This document shows positions 26,301-37,300 of a stretch of DNA of 64,000 nucleotides, in pieces. A program made the position numbers and the translations under genes. The stretch is from Mytilus edulis. Its lineage: Eukaryota. Position 1 is the stretch's first letter, and each line of letters opens with the position of its first letter. The stretch lies in contig NC_092353.1 of assembly GCF_963676685.1 (NCBI RefSeq), positions 68,448,001 to 68,512,000 on the forward strand, written 5' to 3'. Below the pieces are notes generated by a model. That model worked only from the letters and a program-made list of their open reading frames with translations, searched no databases and was not told where the DNA came from.

Positions 26301-29300
26301 GACCACATCAGCTCGTTCGATAAAACCAAAAGAATCTTTCAAAGAGCAGACAACTCCTTGTACTTTACAACTGACTGGTTCAATCTGTCTTGCATGTAAG
26401 TTACCGTTCCTGGAAAAAGAAATCAGTTTAATTGTTAGCTTTACATGTGATATTCTTCTAAATGCTTGTTAATGACTTATGAATCATGTTTGACAAGAAA
26501 CTGTTACTATGGATATTTTTTCACATCAATCAAATTCTTTGCAATTTTTTTCAAATAAATTTTTGAATATAAAATTAGACTATTTCTTCTCATTATGAAA
26601 TAGTTACACCAAAATAATGCTAGATGATAAAACAAACATGATGTTCAGTGGTTGTCATTTGTTTATGTGGTTCATATATGTTTCTTGTTTCTCATGTTTT
26701 ATATAGATTGGACAGTTGATTTTCCTGTTTGAATTGTTTTACACTTGTCATTTTTGGAGCCCTTTATAGCTTGCTCTTTAATATGAGCCAAGGCTCCCTG
26801 TCAATGATAGTACATTGACCTATAACAATCCTACTTGATCATGTATTCTAATTGGCCGTTTCAGAATCTAAAGCATCATGGGTAATTTCATATGTTCGTA
26901 CCCCAAAGTGAAAATAACGTTACGTCATTGGTTGAATTTCCATTGTTTTTAACGTTTTAAACCAATCAAAACGCTTTGGTGTACGCTTTTGAAAATATTA
27001 CCCAGGATGCATTAGATTATGAAACGGCTAATTTGAACTCACCTATTTTTATTCTACTATACCTTTTATCAGTTGCTATATAAAACTGGACTTGATCTTG
27101 GGCTATTGGTTTAAAAGTCTTATCAATAACATCATCAGATCCATACGGTAAAAAGAAAACTTCTCCATTATGTTGGTAAGTTACCCTCCCAAGGCTGTCT
27201 TCTGACAGAGCATAACCCTGTAATTAGAAAAAAAATTAAAAAAAAAAAATTTTCATTATTATAAACTGTTGACACAGAGATATGTCTTATTTTTTTAAAT
27301 TTTGATAGCAAAATGCAAATGTTGTAATTAAAACACCAATATTTTAACATGTTAAACTATGCAGAACATTCAAAGTTACTTAACCAAGACTGAAGGTGCA
27401 GTTCCAAATATCCTCCATGGAAATGAGAATTGAAAATGATAATACATCTGCATACCAAGTATCATTGGTATCTCTTAAACTAATCCAACCAGGCCACAAT
27501 TAAAAAAATATTTTGGTTTGCCCAAACCCTACCCAAAGGTTGAGAGAGTGGGTAGGTAGGTAGGCATTTTCTTTTTCTTTCTTTTCAAGTATGGGGTGTT
27601 TATTAGTCTTCATGCCTTTCTGATAAAAAAAAAACTTCTTCAAATCAGGACAATAAAAGAATTTGAGTAGGCAGCTTTTTTCTGGGTAGGTAGGGTTTGG
27701 GCAAACAAATCTATTCTTTTTTATGGCCCCATGAAGTATATATGTAACCTATGCAAAACATTCAAAGTCGATCCATGACTGATGGGGTGGGCCAAATAGT
27801 CTTCATGGAAATCAGATGAGCCAATGCTAATACAACAGAATACCAAATACAAGAATCATTGACATACCACAAGTGGTACTGATAATCTGACCTAATCACA
27901 AATTAATACATGTAAACTAAGCATAAGTTGCAAAGTCAATATATAGACCATGACTTAAAGAATGGACCAAATAGTCTCCATGGAATTGAGATGCTAAGAA
28001 AACTGCATATCAAGTATAGTGGTCCTACCACTAGCAGTTCCCCACAAACTGAACTTATCACTAACTAATACATGGGGTGGTACTTCTCTACTTGTGGCTG
28101 AAAATACAAGTCTTACATTTTTGTTCTTTGTTGGCTTGGCTTCTTGTGCAATAGATCCTGTAAACTTCTCCTCACTCAAAACTTCATAAGATTGACTTCC
28201 AGAATTTAACAATACAATATGGCTTGCTACCGGTTTACCAGTCCTACGGTCATAGGTCATCTGGAACTCTACCGGGTCTGTTATATAGGAAAGTTATTAT
28301 ATCATTATATATATATATATATATATAATTTAAAAGTAAAAAACACAAAAAATCACATCATAAATCGAACATTGTTTCTGTTAGCGCTTTCACCGCATCT
28401 CCAGCGGTTCATCAGACAGAATTGTTATCGTTAATAGTAACGATTTTATTTATCAAAATATATATATATATATGTTTGTCCTATCAAATAATAGCTATGG
28501 TGACCATGTGATTTCAAAGACATTTTAGAATTAATGTTTCAATAGGAAAACAATTAAATATTCTGTACATGCCTGTTCAAATTCATTCAGAGGTTGTCAT
28601 TGGATACTGTTAACTATTCTTGTTTTTTGTGTATTGCTAATCATAAATCAAGTCGTCGTGAATATGGGCTAAGGCAGGTCTTATGTGTTCACATTTGAAT
28701 TGTTTCATATTTTGTTCATGTCATGTGGTTTGTAATAAAAGGTTGTCTCATTGGCAATCATACAGCATCGACTTAGGCTTTTAAATATTTTATTTACAGT
28801 AAATGTCTAGCATAAACTTCACAGAAGGAACACAGTACACTGTGTCTTTTTTTAAATCCGAAGTCAGATCAAGTTCTGTGCATTCAAAAAAACATTAGTA
28901 AGTGCTTTATTGTGATTTTTAAAGAATGGAAAAAACATTAAAATATAGGAAAATCTGCTTTAAGATAGATATGTGTATCAGATATCAGAATGCAAGTCCA
29001 TATCATTGCCATACTAACTAATTTGCATTAATAAAAACCTCACAGTATTTTCTAAGAAAAACAGAACTTAATAAAGCTGCATAATTACTGAAAGCGAGCA
29101 GTGTGATGAATTATAATAAAGTTTAAAACAAGTGCTAACCTCCAATTTTAACCAAGTTAATATCATCTCCATATTCACTAAAATGAAAGAAGAGTCGTGA
29201 ATCCCTTTCACAACACTGAATAAATCCATAGGAATGCTGAAAGTAAAACAGAACATGTTAGCGCTATAAAACCAGGTTCAATCCACCATTTTCTACATTT

Positions 29301-31077
29301 GAGAATGCCTGGACCAAGTAAGGAATATGACAGTTGTTGTCCATTCGTTTGATATGTTTTAACATTTGATTTTGCCATTTGATTAGGGACTTTCCGTTTT
29401 GAATTTTCCCCAGACATTTGTCAGAGTTCAGTATTTTTGTTATTTTACTTTTTACAAGCTGTTTATAAAACCTCATCTGAAAATTTCTTCCAAAATTAAT
29501 AGATATAGGAAGATGTGGTGTGAGTGCCAATGAGACAACTCTCCATTCAAATAACAATTAAGCAAAGATTTAAACATGTGAAAGCTCTCTCACGGGCAAA
29601 ACAACCAATAACTGAAAAATATAAGGGCATACACTAAACATTTTTTTTTATTATATTATGAATAAAAGCCTTTAAAGTTTTATTTAATTCACAATTATGA
29701 TTTAAATATTGATTGTTGGTTGCTTAACATCCACCTGTAAATATTTAATGCATGTTCAGGACAGCACAATTATGAAACTATATATACTGACAAATTGCTT
29801 GATCTCAAAGATTTTTTTTCTATTTCCATGCGAAACCATTTCACCATAAATGTATCAATCAATTATTGTTAAGGTGGTACCCAACACTTGCACTAAAATT
29901 AATTTGGGTCGTTTAATTTTCTTAAAATTTTGACAAAGTATTTACTTTGACCCTTTTACAAAAATATAAAAATTTCAAAAAATTTGAACCAACCGTTTTA
30001 TCAGAAAAATTACACTGGTTATATAGCAGTTTGACAAACACTTATTTTGATCATTGAGAAGCTTAATATTCTCTTAACAACACAACGTAATTAAAACGTT
30101 TAGCTGATTTTACAGAGTTATCTTCCTGTAGTGTTAGGTACCACCTTAAATGAATTCAAATATTTACCAAAAGCTTCTCAATAAATCCTGTTTCTCTCCC
30201 TACTCCATTGCTGTTGATGTGTGAATTGATCACTGGTGCTGTGGCTCTTTGAAATGACACGATTGCAGGATCTTGTGTGGACGGCTGGAAATTCTGATAT
30301 AACAAAAACATATTTTATCAAATTTCTTGTACAGGTTATAGATCATGTAGATTTGACATGTTTTAAAAATGTTGTGGGTTTTTTTTGTGTTTATTTTAAA
30401 GTGAAATTCTTTTAACAGTGTAGTGTACTACTTTTAAGACAATTTTTTCAAAACTATAAAATTTATATTTTCTACCACTCAGACTCAAAATATGGACAAT
30501 AATATGAATTAAAATTCAGTTTGATAGTTTCAGACATAATTTTTTTATCTTCTTCAACTCCACCAAATAATCACTTTAATTTACTTTAAAACTCCAAACC
30601 AAAATTTAAATGTAATTTCACCCAACCCTCTGCTATTCTACTTATTATTTTATATAAATGCATTATACATTTGGAATTTGTATGTAAAAAATGTACAAGT
30701 AACACATTTTCAATAATAGGAACTATATTTGTTTTCATCCAAAAAATCAAAAACTCTTCATAGATACCAGGATTGAAAGTTTTGCCAACTACTGCTAATC
30801 TATTCCCGAGGTTGAAAGTCCTATGTATTTGAAAAAATCAAAGTTTTGTAAGCAGTTAATTTATAATTATGACCACCAATGATATCAACAATAATTCATG
30901 TGAACACAGAAGTGCTGACTACTGGGCTTGTGATACCATCGGGAATAAAAACTCTACCTGCAGGCCAGTGACATTGACACAGTGGATGATAAATGTTTTC
31001 TTGGACCAAAATGAATCACTAATTTAAAATATACATGCCTTCCACTGAGGACTGTTCAACTTCTTTACAGCTGACAT
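14310..31077 (-). CDS. CSDE1: Cold shock domain-containing protein E1 (Unr), 17 coding exons, about 814 aa
   Basis: Exons in transcription order: 31039-31077, 30168-30293, 29140-29236, 28117-28277, 27063-27217, 26208-26409, 25707-25870, 24920-25091, 23490-23633, 20885-21026, 19971-20092, 18944-19116, 18357-18483, 17501-17612, 16742-16932, 15714-15877, 14310-14463. All phases are compatible and the total is 2445 nt. Five CSD RNP-like motifs ([90 protein letters not shown]) and a C-terminal SUZ-C motif [12 protein letters not shown]. The first coding exon is less certain because it uses a GC donor. Confidence 0.95.
14604..15429. mobile_element. Helentron/HINE-like element with 4 x 169-bp tandem repeats
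   Basis: Units start at 14681, 14850, 15019 and 15188, followed by (GACG)n and a terminal hairpin taggggaccgcctttggcgggacccta. Confidence 0.8.
17661..17903 (-). mobile_element. tRNA-derived SINE (V-domain-like), degenerate
   Basis: Reverse-complement homologue of 43343-43600, including the B-box gagttcaaatccc. Confidence 0.55.
19148..19335. repeat. ~22-bp minisatellite (agatatgagaaataacatggtt)
   Basis: About 8 degenerate tandem units just upstream of a CSDE1 acceptor. Confidence 0.7.
20631..20843. mobile_element. MITE with ACTGTGGATTCAT TIRs (Tc1/mariner-type)
   Basis: tactgtggattcatttattttcgtgggtaccaattt ... ttggtatccaacaaatatttatgaatccacagt. A split copy lies at about 39121-39154 plus 40659-40836. 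Confidence 0.75.
21455..22283 (-). mobile_element. Internally deleted Tc1-like DNA transposon with a pseudogenised transposase N-terminus
   Basis: TA-flanked TIRs TACTGAGCCAAAAAAG / CTTTTTTGGCTCAGTA. The minus frame from 21993 reads [47 protein letters not shown]...DR..., a Tc1 paired-like HTH with an internal stop and no DDE domain. Confidence 0.8.
24194..24870. mobile_element. Helentron/HINE-like element with 3 x 168-bp repeats
   Basis: Units at 24274, 24442 and 24610, a GACT/GACG microsatellite, and terminal hairpin tatacccccccctttttt...gcgggggtata. Confidence 0.8.
26853..27030. mobile_element. Short TIR element (MITE)
   Basis: tggccgtttcagaatctaaagcatcatgggtaat ... attacccaggatgcattagattatgaaacggcta. 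A fragment of the same end lies at about 14017-14060. Confidence 0.6.
29873..30145. mobile_element. 273-bp MITE with TTAA TSD (Kolobok-like)
   Basis: TTAA|GGTGGTACCCAACACT ... AGTGTTAGGTACCACC|TTAA. Confidence 0.85.
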
Positions 31078-31725
31078 AGTTGTTTTGTTTCCTTGGGAGT
31101 TTCCTAGTCCTCAGAAGTGCAGTCTGTGCAGTTAAGTTCTTTTATGGGCTTTTGTTGTTTATTTCTTCCTTTGTTTGTTTTGGTTTTTTTCTCAGTTTCT
31201 GATGCTGGGTGGTACTACATCTATGGGCTAAAATATGAAAAAAAAGAATGTGATTTTTTTTGGGTTGGTTATTTGATTAAGTTTTATTTGTTTGGTAATA
31301 AAAAAGTATAACCTAATTATTTTCAAGCTGAACTCACCAATTTACTAAAGAAGATTTACATGTTAAACAGCCGAGATTGATGTTTTGTGCAAAACATGGT
31401 ACAGTGTACATGTATATTAACCAAAATACATAAAAACTTGATTCCTGCCTCCTAACAGAAAAAATTGGGTACCAAGAAGGTAGGTGATTTTTTTTCTTTT
31501 ATTATATTACTTTGGAAATGCACTTGTCATCTTGTATAATATTAATATTTGTGTGTTGATTTTGACAGATCTGAACTTCCAGAAAATATACAAAACGTTC
31601 TGGAAATTCAAGTCTGTAAAATTTTAATGAGTTCTGAGTAAACAATTATTCTAAACTATTCTAAAGTGAAGGAATGTCAGAAATCCAGGAAACCATTCAT
31701 TGATATTCAATTCGCAACAGAAAAA

Positions 31726-32497
31726 ACAAGTGTAACTGTGAGCAACTGCTCACTGATGATACCCCCGCCGCAAGTGGATAATGTTAAGTGTTCGGTAAAC
31801 AGGAAGTTGCCGAGTGATGAATCTGAAAACGCATCACACAGTATAGCTGACTTATATAAACCCTGAAACCAAATTTCAGAAATCCTGGCATTGTAGTTCC
31901 TGAGAAAAATGCGACGAAAATTTTCAACTTGGCCATCATGTGTAAAATGATAGTAGTGTTCGGTAAACAGGAAGTTGTTGAGTGATGAATCTAAAAACGC
32001 ATCACACGGTATAGCTGACTTATATAAATCCTGAAACCAAATTTCAGAAATCCTAGAATTACAGTTCCTGAGAAAAATGCGACGAAATAAAATGGTAAGT
32101 GTTCGGTAAACAGGAAGTTGTCGAGTGATGAATCTGAAAACGCATCACACGGTATAGCTGACTTATATCAAGTCTGAAACCAAATATCAGAAATCCTGGT
32201 AGTGCAGTTCCTGAGAAAAATGTGACGAAAAATTTTCAACTTGGCTATCAGGTGTAAAACTGATACAAGTGTTCGGTAAACAGGAAGTTGTCGAGTGATG
32301 AATCTGAAAACGCATCACACAGTATAGCTGTCTTATATCAAGCCTGAAACCAAATTTCAGAAATCCTGGTAGTGTAGTTCCTGAGAAAAATGTGACAAAA
32401 AATATTCATGGGACGGACGGACTGACTGACAGACTGATGGAAGGACAGACAGAGGTAAAACAGTATACCCCCCTTTTTTTCAAAGCGGGGGTATAAT
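31726..32497. mobile_element. Helentron/HINE-like element, same family as 24194-24870, 4 repeat units
   Basis: Same left end (ctgctcactgatgatacccccgccgcaagtggataat), same repeat and same terminal hairpin. Confidence 0.8.
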
Positions 32498-33279
32498 AAC
32501 GACACCAAAGAAAGACATCACAGCAAATATTAAAATTGCCTTTTCACGTCAAAATTTTTAGGAACAAGTGTCTTCATGAAAGATGATGAGAATACACCTT
32601 ACAGCTATTTCTCCGCCATTCCTGGACATCTCAAAGGTTACTGTAAAATGTTGAACTCATAATAGAATATATATCTGAAGCCACAATGGAAAAGCAATTG
32701 GTGTATGATTCTCAGGTCTATAGGCAGATATTTCTAAATAGCGATAAGGTGTATGATCCATGCCATGGGAAGTAGCCTGAAGGAGAACCTGTCCCTTGTA
32801 TTAACTAAACTGGATGTAAATTATACTTTAATTAAATCGTAAAACACAGTTTATCAAACAAAACAATGTAAAGTCAGTCTATATATCATTGTAGAATGTT
32901 TTAAGTTCACAGTCTATTGATTTATTTAATTTGAAAAGAAGCCAAATAAAAGACCAATCCCCATTCCATGAGGATTTGGTTCTATAAAACACTGTTTAAT
33001 AAATTTTTCAAATAAAGTGAGATATATATACAATTTTCGCCTAATAATAAAAATATATTGCGTAATTTTAAGGTTATGAATTTGTTAAAACCAGGTGCAT
33101 GAATTTATTGCACTAAGTACGTATTGCGCAAATCCATCAGCTGACGTTGACGGTTTGAAAATACGGGTTTATGCACTACAAAGGACAACTAAAATACTAA
33201 AAATATAAACGTTGAATGTTTTTCTATTATTTCGTTTATGTTATTAATGAAACTTCCATCATAATTCACCATAATAAGT

Positions 33280-34100
33280 GAAATTTTACCCCAAATTTTG
33301 CACAGCACTGCAGCATAGCCGCCATCAAACTCTCGAACTCATTAATTTATTGAAATTTTAGAACTGAAAGATTATTTGTTCAGTTTTACAGAATTATTTA
33401 CAGAATATTTTTAATGACAGATTTTGCATTAAAGAGAAATAAATAAACAAAAATGCAAAACATAAACATAACTTTTATTTTGTTTTAGAGACTAACCACA
33501 TTCTCCGTGACGTCATTGTCAAAATACACATTGAAGCAATTTCCTGACTCAGAGTCACTCATTCCTTACAACTCACATTTAGAAGGTAAAATTAATGTTG
33601 AACAAATGGTTAAGAAGTAAAAGATAAACACACAAAATTTTGACTGCAAAATTGAGGTGTCATTCTGATTCCCATAGAAGTCAAACAAATTATAACTGAA
33701 CTGTCAAATTCTTGAGTTGTTACAGGCATTTTTCTGAAGATATATTTATGGGGGATTAAACTTATAACAGCCTTTTTTATTTCACCAAACTGATGAATAA
33801 TAATTTGAGGATAGGGTCAGAAACATAGAAACGACAAGAGTGACAATAATGTCAATAAACTTCATATTTATGGTCAGCAATGGACAGTTTGCGTACCTCA
33901 TATGATTTCGTAATTTTCGTACTATATATTTTTCAATGGAAATTGTGACATCACAATCATTCTTAATAGCACAAACAAACAAAAAAACATGTGTCGACAT
34001 GGATGAGGATAAGAGACCAAGATCAAAATCAAAATAATATTGCAGCATTTTAATTTAAGCTTTCAAGACGTGACCGCCATATTTCCATGGCATCCATAGA
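33280..34100. promoter_or_regulatory. Probable bidirectional promoter region between CSDE1 and CHMP2A
   Basis: The genes are head-to-head. Full CRE TGACGTCA at about 33508, AP-1-like TGACTCA at about 33545, and YY1-like CCGCCAT at about 33319 and 34074. TSS positions cannot be fixed from sequence alone. Confidence 0.45.
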
Positions 34101-34387
34101 TTGTATTGTCAATGAAACATATCGTTCATACCCTGTAAAGACTCATTGTCCACACTAAGTTTTAATTCCAGTGAGCATGTTATAACATAAAATATAATAA
34201 AACAACACTACCAATGACAATGTATCCGCTTGAACTCAGCTATGGTGCTGTGTTTTTATAGTGATCATGGTTCATATTTCCTTTACAATTTCTTGACAAA
34301 AGCCTAATTAATACTTTTTTGCATTTACTCTCATTTTGTAGCGTTTAATCTACAAGGCATAACTTTCACTTGTTTTCCAGTGTCAAC

Positions 34388-37300
34388 ATGCCTTTAGAAT
34401 GGCTCTTTGGAAAGAAAAAGACTCCGGAGGAAATGTTACGACAGAATCAAAGGGCATTAACCAAAGCAATGAGAGATCTGGATAGAGAAAAAGCCAAAAT
34501 GGAACAACAAGAGAAGAAAGTTATTGCTGATATTAAGAAAATGGCAAAGCAAGGACAGATGGTTTGTTCATCTTAATTTTACTTCCTGCTTTAATGTTGA
34601 TGTGCACATTCTCCAATGGTTTAACTGTTTTTCAAGCATAATTGTGAAATAATTGTAGGAAGAGAATTTTCAGACATTTTACATATGATCAAAATAGTGC
34701 TTGCTCAGGTGTAGGAGATGATGTTCCTTTACCATTGTTTACCTATAATTTAATTTATCATTGTATTTTTCTGCTTAGCATGCATTTGTGTCATCACAAT
34801 TTATAAATTTCCAATTCTGTGTGACAAGAATTCAATTGTTTATACTCATGAAAAAATAAATGCAAGAATAAATGGTAGAATTACCCAAAAGATTTGACTG
34901 AACATGAAAACCGACATTGTTAGTACATGTATAAAACAAGTGAATCCTGTGGTTCAATTTAATCACTAATCAAAAACACTTTTACAAAACTAAGTCATAT
35001 ATTTCTGGTTCAACAAGGCGAAGCAAAAATATCTTTATGGTAGTCCAATTCAGAAAGAATATTTGTAAGGTATTTTTGTTACTCATACATGTATGCCATG
35101 TTTTGGGTTTTTTTTAGAAAAAAGAATAACCATTTGTATTTTCATGGAATAAATGTTTATATGTTTCTTTATTTTAGGATGCTGTAAAGATTATGGCCAA
35201 AGATTTAGTTCGAACAAGACGTTATGTGAAGAAGTTTATTTTGATGAGAGCAAACATACAGGCTGTGTCACTAAAAATACAGACATTAAAATCAAATAAT
35301 GCTATGGCCAATGCAATGAAAGGGGTTACAAGAGCCATGCAAACAATGAACAAACAGGTAAACCAGGGACCATGTTGGTGGTTGTCTCATGTCATATATC
35401 TCAATAGTTTTTTGTGAAATGTAATTAAAGCCGATTGCATTGAGTGTGTAGGTAAAGGTAATATCTTTGGTTAGCTTGCTTGCTAGCTGAACCGTAAGTT
35501 AATATTAGGTAAGGTATACTACCCTCCTTTCGAAGTAGTCTAGTCCTACATACAGATAGATAGGTCCATGGTTATCTGTCGGACTAGTCTACTCTAAAAG
35601 GAGGGTTGTTTACCATACCTAATAATGACTTCACTCAATGCAATCGGCTGTAAATGTTGTCAGCATATCTTTGATTGTTGTTTTATATTTATTACAACTT
35701 TAATAGACTTTGTAAGTTTGGTGCTTAACATACTTTTTAGACAGACAGCTATTGCTGAAGACTCTTGTCCTCTAGATCATGAAGTCTTTTGGTTGTTTTA
35801 TGATTGGGTTGCTGTCTCATTGACAAATAACCACCGATCTCCTTAATTTTGTTCAAAATGTTTATTATATAAATACTGCTGGCCTACATTGAGTGAAATA
35901 GCAAAGTTTAAGAAAAACTTCCATTTAGGAATATATTCAAAAGTTTTTAGGTATTACAAACTACCTTAATTACAAGAGGAATTTCTTGTATCCTCACGCT
36001 TTCTGTTAATTTTCCACGTTCATGTATTTGTATTATTCTGCTTTTAAATAGTATTAAGAAAGGAAATATGTAAACTTACTTATTTTCTAAAAAATGTAAA
36101 TTAATGAGATACAAAGTCAAAATGAAAGTCGAAGGGTTTTACATGTATAACATATCCTTATTATTGCAAATAAATTATGAAATCATGGATGAACATAGGT
36201 GTTAGTGAGTTCAATTGCATCCAAAGTAATTAAGACGTTGTATTAATTCTGCAGTTGAAGCTTCCACAAATTCAGAAGATAATGATGGAGTTTGAAAAAC
36301 AATCAGAAATAATGGAAATGAAAGAAGAAATGATGAATGATGCTATAGACGATGCTATGGGTGATGAAGACGATGAAGATGAAAGGTATGGTGACATTAA
36401 AAAGATATAGGAAGATGTGGTATGAGTGCCAATGAGACAACTCTCCATACAAGTCACAATTTATAAAAGTAAACCATTATAGGTCAAGGTAAGGTCTTCA
36501 ACATGGAGCCTAGGCTCACACTGAACAGCAAGCTATAAAGGGCCCCAAAAATTACTAGTGTTAAACCATTCAAATGGGAATTAAAAGTTAAAAGTACATT
36601 ATTCATTGATGGCACATATTGATGAAAAAGCTGTTTATTTTTAAGTAATAAAAAAATTTAAACATTGATTTTATTGCCTGAAGCTATTTGAAATTTTCAG
36701 GCTTTTAATCTAAAAAATTATATTACACCAATGTTAGCCTTACCAATAATGAAAGGCAAGGTACAGCAGAATTATGTAAAAGCCTTTCTAGTTTATGCAT
36801 AAACATGTGAAGAAATGAAATGTAACCATGTTTGTTATGCTTTTCTTTCACGTCTTACAAGTTTTATGAAGTGTTGACATTTACACCCAAAACAGGAAAA
36901 AAAAGCTACTATTTTATGGGGCTGACTGTTTATTATTTTTCAACCCTTGATGAAATCATCTGAATTCCAACACCTTTGGTCAAATAAAACATGGAGCACA
37001 GGATTGAACAAACAAAATATTCAAGTTAGATTTTGGCCTGCTTGTAAAATAAAGTTATTTCCATTTTTTTCTCTTTTTATAAGACCGCAAAAATTGTAAA
37101 TATATGTCGTATATTGGTATGACGTTGTCTGCGTCGTCGTCGTCCGAATACTTTTAGTTTTCGCTCTCTAACTTTATGAAATTTAAACACAAGGTTTATG
37201 ACCATAAAAGGAAGGTTTGGATTGATTTTGGGAGTTTTGGTCCCAACATTTTAGGAATAAGGGGCCAAAAAGGGCCCAAATAAGCATTTTCTTGGTTTTC

